Both the position numbers and the translations under genes were made by a program. 30,184 nucleotides of DNA from positions 1 to 30,184 of the IMG/VR virus record IMGVR_UViG_3300042328_000098; one strand, written 5' to 3'. This document shows positions 27,499 to 30,184 of this stretch, one piece after another (position 1 is the first letter of the stretch; every line of letters starts with the position of its first letter). This DNA comes from a virus. Lineage: Duplodnaviria > Caudoviricetes. The notes under the pieces were generated by a model. That model was given only the letters and a program-made list of their open reading frames with translations. It had not been told where the DNA came from and made no database searches.

Positions 27499-29214
27499 AT
27501 GGCATGGAAAAAGTATTTTAAGACTACTAATACCAGTGGTATGATGAGCCCTGTGGGCAATGGCGGTGGCAATAGTCTGCCAGATGCCGGCTATCGTAAC
27601 TTTGCTAGTCAACTGCCTGAAGTATACATTGGTCACCCAAATCGTACAGAACGCTACAATCAATACGAACAAATGGATATGGACAGTGAAGTTAATGCCG
27701 CCCTTGATATTATTGCTGACTTTAGTACGCAGACTAATATTGAAAACGGTACAGGCTTTGATTTGTTCTTTAAAGAAGATCCAACCGACAATGAAGTTAA
27801 AATTCTTAAAGATCAGTTACAGCAATGGGTAACCTTAAACGATATGAACAAACGCTTGTTCAAATTATTCCGTAACTGTATCAAGTACGGTGATCAAGTA
27901 TTTCTACGTGACCCTGAAACGTTCAAACTATATTGGACAGAAATGTTCAAAGTTACCAAGGTTATTGTTAATGAAGCTGAAGGCAAAAAACCAGAGCAGT
28001 ACATTATCAAAGACATGAACATTAATTTCCAAAACTTAACTGCTACAGCCTTAAGTAGCAGTGATACATTTATTAATCACCCACAAGTTGGCGGCCCTAG
28101 CGGTGCTTATGTGCAACCACAAACACCATACAGTGGCGGCAGTCGTTTTAGTCATGCCAAAAATGAAGCTGTGATAGATGCAGAACACGTAGTACATCTA
28201 AGTCTAACAGAAGGGTTAGACTTAAACTGGCCATTTGGTACTAGTGTACTAGAAAGTATTTTTAAAATCTTTAAACAAAAAGAACTATTAGAAGATGCGA
28301 TTATCATCTATCGTATACAACGTGCTCCAGAACGTCGTATCTTTAAGATTGACGTAGGTAATATGCCCACACACATGGCTATGGCCTATGTTGACCGTGT
28401 TAAAAATGAAATACACCAACGTCGTATACCTACACAAACAGGTGGCGGTGTTAATATGATGGATGCTACGTATAATCCATTATCAACCAACGAAGATTAC
28501 TTTTTTCCAGTAACAGCAGAAGGCCGTGGTAGTAGCGTTGATGTATTCCCAGGTGGTCAAAACCTAGGTGAAATCACCGACCTACGTTACTTTACTAACA
28601 AGATGTTCCGTGGCTTACGTATTCCTAGTAGCTATTTGCCTACCGGTACAGATGAAAGTGAACGTAGCTATAGTGACGGTAAAACAACCACAGCATTAAT
28701 TCAAGAATGGCGCTTTAATCAATACTGTATGCGCCTACAACGTATGATTGCAGAAACACTTGATAACGAGTTTAAAATGTTCATGCGCTGGAGAGGGGTT
28801 AACATTGACAACAGTCTATTTGAATTGCGCTTCAATGAGCCTCAAAACTTTGCCAAATATCGTCAGGCAGAAGTTGATCAAGTGCGCATCACTACATTTA
28901 CACAGTTAGAGCAAATTCCTTATCTAAGTAAACGTTTCTTATTAGAGCGTTACTTAGACCTAAGCGAAGAAGAACTACAACGCAACGACGAACTATGGGC
29001 ACAAGAAAACGGCACAGTTAATGATACAGACATTCCACAAGCAGGCCTACGTGCTGTGGGCGTTACTAACGCAGGTATCCAGCAAGACATGGATACACTA
29101 GCACCACAAGAGCTAGGTGTAGAAGGCGGTGCCGGTGCAGTACCAGGCGCAGCTCCAGAAGCAGTGGGAGCCCCGGGCACACCAGCAGCTGCACAGCCTG
29201 GAGCAGGTTTATAA
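27499..29214 (+). CDS. gp20: Portal vertex protein, T4 gp20-like (571 aa)
   Basis: LLEDAIIIYRIQRAPERRIFKIDVGNMP, EDYFFP..EGRGSSVD.FPGGQNLGEITDLRYF, LRIPSSYL are hallmark gp20 motifs. Confidence 0.95.
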   Translation: MAWKKYFKTTNTSGMMSPVGNGGGNSLPDAGYRNFASQLPEVYIGHPNRTERYNQYEQMDMDSEVNAALDIIADFSTQTNIENGTGFDLFFKEDPTDNEVKILKDQLQQWVTLNDMNKRLFKLFRNCIKYGDQVFLRDPETFKLYWTEMFKVTKVIVNEAEGKKPEQYIIKDMNINFQNLTATALSSSDTFINHPQVGGPSGAYVQPQTPYSGGSRFSHAKNEAVIDAEHVVHLSLTEGLDLNWPFGTSVLESIFKIFKQKELLEDAIIIYRIQRAPERRIFKIDVGNMPTHMAMAYVDRVKNEIHQRRIPTQTGGGVNMMDATYNPLSTNEDYFFPVTAEGRGSSVDVFPGGQNLGEITDLRYFTNKMFRGLRIPSSYLPTGTDESERSYSDGKTTTALIQEWRFNQYCMRLQRMIAETLDNEFKMFMRWRGVNIDNSLFELRFNEPQNFAKYRQAEVDQVRITTFTQLEQIPYLSKRFLLERYLDLSEEELQRNDELWAQENGTVNDTDIPQAGLRAVGVTNAGIQQDMDTLAPQELGVEGGAGAVPGAAPEAVGAPGTPAAAQPGAGL

Positions 29215-29233
29215 GAATTTGGTAAATAACTTT

Positions 29234-29458
29234 ATGAACCTATTAGAAATATTTGAACCTACTCCTGCAGGTTATGAAACAGAAAAGGACGACAACACTG
29301 CCGTCAAACTCCGCGACCTCCGCAAGACCAAATTAACTCTAAAACAGCTAAATCGTCTACGTATTATGAATGATATTCGTAAATTAGAACACGAAAAGAA
29401 GATTGACTCTGTACAACAACAATACAAAGCAGCGCCAGCAGACACCGGCGGCATGTAA
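29234..29458 (+). CDS. Small head-region protein (74 aa; start revised to ATG 29234)
   Basis: MNLLEIF...RKTKLTLKQLNRLRIMNDIRKLE; TAAATA at 29223-29228 lies 5 nt upstream; sits between portal and the acidic core gene. Confidence 0.7.
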   Translation: MNLLEIFEPTPAGYETEKDDNTAVKLRDLRKTKLTLKQLNRLRIMNDIRKLEHEKKIDSVQQQYKAAPADTGGM

Positions 29459-29586
29459 TTATCCCACCTTTTGGCTCAAAAAACACACATATAACCCCAC
29501 TTTTTAATAAATTTTGTAAATATATACACATAATACATCACACCGATGTAAGTTTCGAAACTTATATTATCACAAGGAGTTCATAA

Positions 29587-30184
29587 ATGAACAAATACGA
29601 ACAATTAGTTGAGTTCATCATTAATGATGAAAATGACAAAGCTCGTGAATTATTCCATCAGATCGTTGTAGAGAAATCACGCGACATCTATGAGAGCTTA
29701 GTAGCAGAAGAAGACTTAGAAGAAACAATTGGCGGCAACGAAGTTGAAGACCTAGTTGACGAAGTAGCTTTAGACGAAGAAGGCATTTCTGAAGAAGAAG
29801 AATTTGGTGCTGAAGAAGAGTTTAGTTCTGAAGAAGGCGACGAATTTGGCGCTGAAGAACAAGGTGAAGCAGAAATCGAAGATCGCGTAGTTGATCTAGA
29901 AGATGCACTTGACGAACTTAAAGCTGAATTTGATGCACTAATGGCTGGTGAAGCTGGTGAAGAAGATCACGCTGATGAATTTGGTGCTGACGAAGTTGGC
30001 GCTGATGAAGCTCCAGAAGAATTTTACGAATCTGAAGAAGAAGATGACGAAGAGGAAGAAGAAGTTGACGAATCTATTGTACGTGAGTACGTAGAAAAAG
30101 TTGCAGCTCCTGCTAACTCAGAAGGCTCAGCAGTTGGTACAGGTAAAAGTGTAGCAGTTAATTCTAAATCAACTGTAGCTGGTA
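29587..30184 (+). CDS. Very acidic prohead core/scaffold-like protein, partial (runs off the right edge; absent from the ORF track)
   Basis: SD AAGGAG then MNKYEQLVEFIINDENDKARELFHQIVVEKSRDIYESL, Glu/Asp-rich tracts and helix IEDRVVDLEDALDELKAEFDALM; late core TAAATA at 29517-29522; position after portal as for T4 core genes. Confidence 0.75.
   Translation, partial: MNKYEQLVEFIINDENDKARELFHQIVVEKSRDIYESLVAEEDLEETIGGNEVEDLVDEVALDEEGISEEEEFGAEEEFSSEEGDEFGAEEQGEAEIEDRVVDLEDALDELKAEFDALMAGEAGEEDHADEFGADEVGADEAPEEFYESEEEDDEEEEEVDESIVREYVEKVAAPANSEGSAVGTGKSVAVNSKSTVAG

Noticed and set aside
16301-29233. ORF-track starts at 16301, 18955, 24234 and 29129
   Set aside because: Upstream non-ATG extensions that overlap other genes or promoters; 16352/16373, 19024, 24288 and 29234 fit SD, promoter or overlap evidence better.
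29760-30070. GAAGAA and GAATTTGGTGCTGA repeats
   Set aside because: Explained by Glu-rich low-complexity coding (EFGAE/D units), not a separate DNA repeat element.
1-30184. Stop-codon reassignment as in some large phages
   Set aside because: Core genes are full length in the standard code, and TAA, TAG and TGA all serve as stops.

Overview
A 30 kb slice of a large, AT-rich, T4-related (jumbo-type) myovirus genome read in the standard genetic code. The left half (minus strand) is a baseplate operon: a giant wedge-type protein running off the left edge, gp6-, gp25-, gp5-, gp53- and gp48/54-like genes, and a hub-like protein with an N-terminal M15 peptidase. The middle (plus strand) carries a GIY-YIG/NUMOD3 homing endonuclease inserted into the 5' end of the late sigma factor gp55, then gp47 and gp46 separated by two SGNH-like genes. 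Next come two small basic proteins (one Hc1 histone-like), a stand-alone GIY-YIG nuclease and a 350-450 nt heavily structured non-coding element. After that lie a convergent small membrane protein, a gp26-like/gp51-like pair joined by an apparent programmed -1 frameshift, a tape measure protein, a second homing endonuclease, portal gp20 and head genes running off the right edge. The best leads are the structured RNA-like element beside the GIY-YIG nuclease, the synonymously recoded duplicate of the gp55 N-terminus around the homing endonuclease, the frameshift, and apparently leaderless late transcripts. All family assignments come from motif recognition by eye, not database searches.
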